Assembly (NCBI GenBank): GCA_009914755.4 | Contig: CP068257.2 | Coordinates: forward strand, 384,001-448,000 | Direction: 5' to 3' | Length of the DNA stretch: 64,000 nucleotides | DNA from: the human T2T-CHM13v2.0 reference genome, Homo sapiens | Shown: positions 62,250 to 64,000 of the stretch, piece by piece | Layout: every line of letters starts with the position of its first letter | How positions within the stretch are numbered: the first letter of the stretch is position 1 | Translations under genes and position numbers: made by a program | The notes under the pieces: model-generated | What the model saw: the letters and a program-made list of their open reading frames with translations, nothing else | Database searches by the model: none | Told to the model about the DNA's origin: nothing

Positions 62250-64000
62250 ACTCCACTCCACTCCACTCCATTCCATTCCATTCCATTCCATTCCATTCCA
62301 TTCCATTCCATTCCATTCCATCTCATTCCATTCCATTCCATTCCATTCCATCTCATTCCATTCCATTCCCTTCCACTCAACTCCACTACATTCCACTCTA
62401 CTCCAGTCCACTACACTCCATTCTATTCCATTCCATTTCATTCCAATCCATTCCATTCCATTCTTTTATTTCGTCAGGAACTCACTCCGTCACCCAGGCT
62501 GGAGTGCAGTGGCACAATGTCAGCCCACATTTCATTTCAACGTGCCATTCGATTCCATTCCATTCCATTCCATTCCATTCCATTCCACACCACTCCACGA
62601 AACTCCACTCTACTCCACTCCACTGCATTCCTTTCCATTACATCCCATTCCATTCCTCTTCATTCCACTATACTCCACTACACTCCACTCTACTCCACCC
62701 CACTCCACCCCACTCCATTCCATTCCACTCTAATCTGTTCCATTCCTTTCTTTCGATAGGATCTCACCTGTCAACCAGGATGGAGTGCAGTGGCACAATC
62801 TCAGCTCACATTTCATTTAACCATTCTATTCCATTCTATTCCATTCCATTCAACTACACTCCTCTCCACTCCACTCCACTCCATTCCATTTGAATCCAAT
62901 CCACTCAACTCCTTTCCATCCCATCCCATTCCATTCCACTCCACTCCATTCCACTTCACTCCATTCCATTCCACTCCATCCCATCCCATTCCATTCCACT
63001 CCATTTCACTCCACTCCAATCCACTGCATTCTACGCCGTTCCATTCCATACCATTCCATTCTATTCCTTTCTGTCGACAAGATCTCACTCTGTCACCCAG
63101 GATGGATTGCAGTGTCATAATCTCAGCTATCATTTGATTTCATGATTCCTTTCCATTCCATTCCATTCCATTCCATTCCATTCCATTCCATTCCATTCCA
63201 TCCCTTCCCATTCCACTCCATTCCACTCCACTCCTCTCCATTACATTCCATTCCATTCCACTCCAATCCACTACATTCCACTCCACTCCACTCCATTCCA
63301 TCCCATTGAATTCCACTCAATTCCACTCCACTCCACTCCACACCACTTCTCTCCAATCAATTCCATTCCACTCCACCCCACTCCATTCCACTCGACTCCA
63401 CTCAAATCCAGTCCACTCCACTCCACTCCACCACACTCCATTCCATTTCATTCCACTCCATTCCATTCCATTCCTTTCTATTCCTTTCTTTCGACAGGAT
63501 CTCAATCTGTCACCCAGGCTGGCGCGGAGTGGCACTATCTCAGCTCACATTTAATTTCACCATTACATTCCATTGCATTCCATTCCATTATATTCCATTC
63601 AATTCCATTCCATCCCATTTCATTCCAGTCCTATGCACTCCACTCCACTCCACTGCACTCCATTCCATTCCACTCAATTCCATTCAATTCCATTCCACGC
63701 CACTCCAATCCACTCCACTCCATTCCATTCCATTCCACTATACTCCAATCCAATCCACTCCTCTCCACTCCACTCCACTGCATTCCATTCCATTCCATTC
63801 CATTCCATTCCATTCCATTCCATTCCATTCCATTCCATTCCATTCCTCTCTTATAAATTCCATTCCTTTCCTTCGACAGGATCTCACTTTGTCACCCAGG
63901 CTGGAGTGCAGTGGCACAGTCTCAGCTCATATTTCATTTCATCATTCCATTCAATACCATTCCATTCCTTTCCATTCCATTCTATTCCATTACACTAAAA
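62250..64000 (+). repeat. Pentameric (CATTC)n = (ATTCC)n satellite of HSat3 type, with a periodically embedded ~80 bp Alu-derived module; extends beyond the window end
   Basis: Long runs of CATTC and variants (CACTC, CAATC, CATCC). They are interrupted at 62463-62548, 62748-62822, 63067-63146, 63485-63562 and 63869-63947 by TTTCGACAGGATCTCACTCTGTCACCCAGGCTGGAGTGCAGTGGCACAATCTCAGCTCACATTTCATTTCA-like segments, which match the antisense Alu 3' monomer. Confidence 0.9.

Noticed and set aside
62196-63998. Several long ORFs (up to 187 aa) in both strands with highly repetitive peptides (…[10 protein letters not shown]…, …[10 protein letters not shown]…)
   Set aside because: They are translation artefacts of the (CATTC)n/(GAATG)n pentamer satellite. 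Any frame stays open because the 5 bp unit lacks stop codons. They are not genes.
62250-64000. Regularly spaced repeat array that might superficially resemble a CRISPR array
   Set aside because: Units are 5 bp satellite monomers with Alu-derived interruptions, there are no unique spacers, and the context is eukaryotic. It is not CRISPR.

Overview
This window is primate (human-type) nuclear DNA, not a prokaryotic locus. I found no operon and no candidate defence or biosynthetic system, and the six-frame ORFs are short and mostly lie inside repeats. Content from left to right: (1) 1-6930 is a dense cluster of Alu SINEs in both orientations with AT-rich spacers and a (TG)n microsatellite. (2) 6931-12895 is a degraded betaretrovirus-like HERV-K (class II) complex on the minus strand: a pol remnant with a large internal deletion, a protease with a dUTPase domain, a gag beginning MGQ, a ~530 bp LTR-like block, a second and diverged gag copy, a tRNA-Lys-like primer-binding site and a partial LTR. 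(3) An old L1 ORF2 fragment abuts the LTR at 12896. (4) 14-20 kb is largely unique AT-rich sequence with one Alu. (5) 20.6-24.9 kb holds two old L1 pieces in opposite orientations, the minus one split by an Alu with a target-site duplication. (6) Short young L1 3' ends sit at 26.8 kb and 46.7 kb; the second has a 10 bp target-site duplication. (7) A full-length (~6.1 kb) L1PA-like element with disrupted ORF1 and ORF2 lies on the minus strand at 39221-45347. (8) A ~120 bp L1 3' stub at 51.9 kb is flanked by a perfect 16 bp target-site duplication. (9) A ~2 kb L1 3' portion at 55.2-57.3 kb carries an Alu inside it, with an 11 bp target-site duplication. (10) An L1 ORF2 fragment at 61.9-62.25 kb directly abuts a (CATTC)n HSat3-type satellite that runs to the end of the window. 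That satellite contains a periodically repeated ~80 bp Alu-derived module, which gives it a higher-order structure. I cannot support any protein-coding gene call from sequence alone. The most interesting structures are the nested or tandem HERV-K arrangement, the satellite boundary with embedded Alu modules, and several clean retrotransposition footprints.
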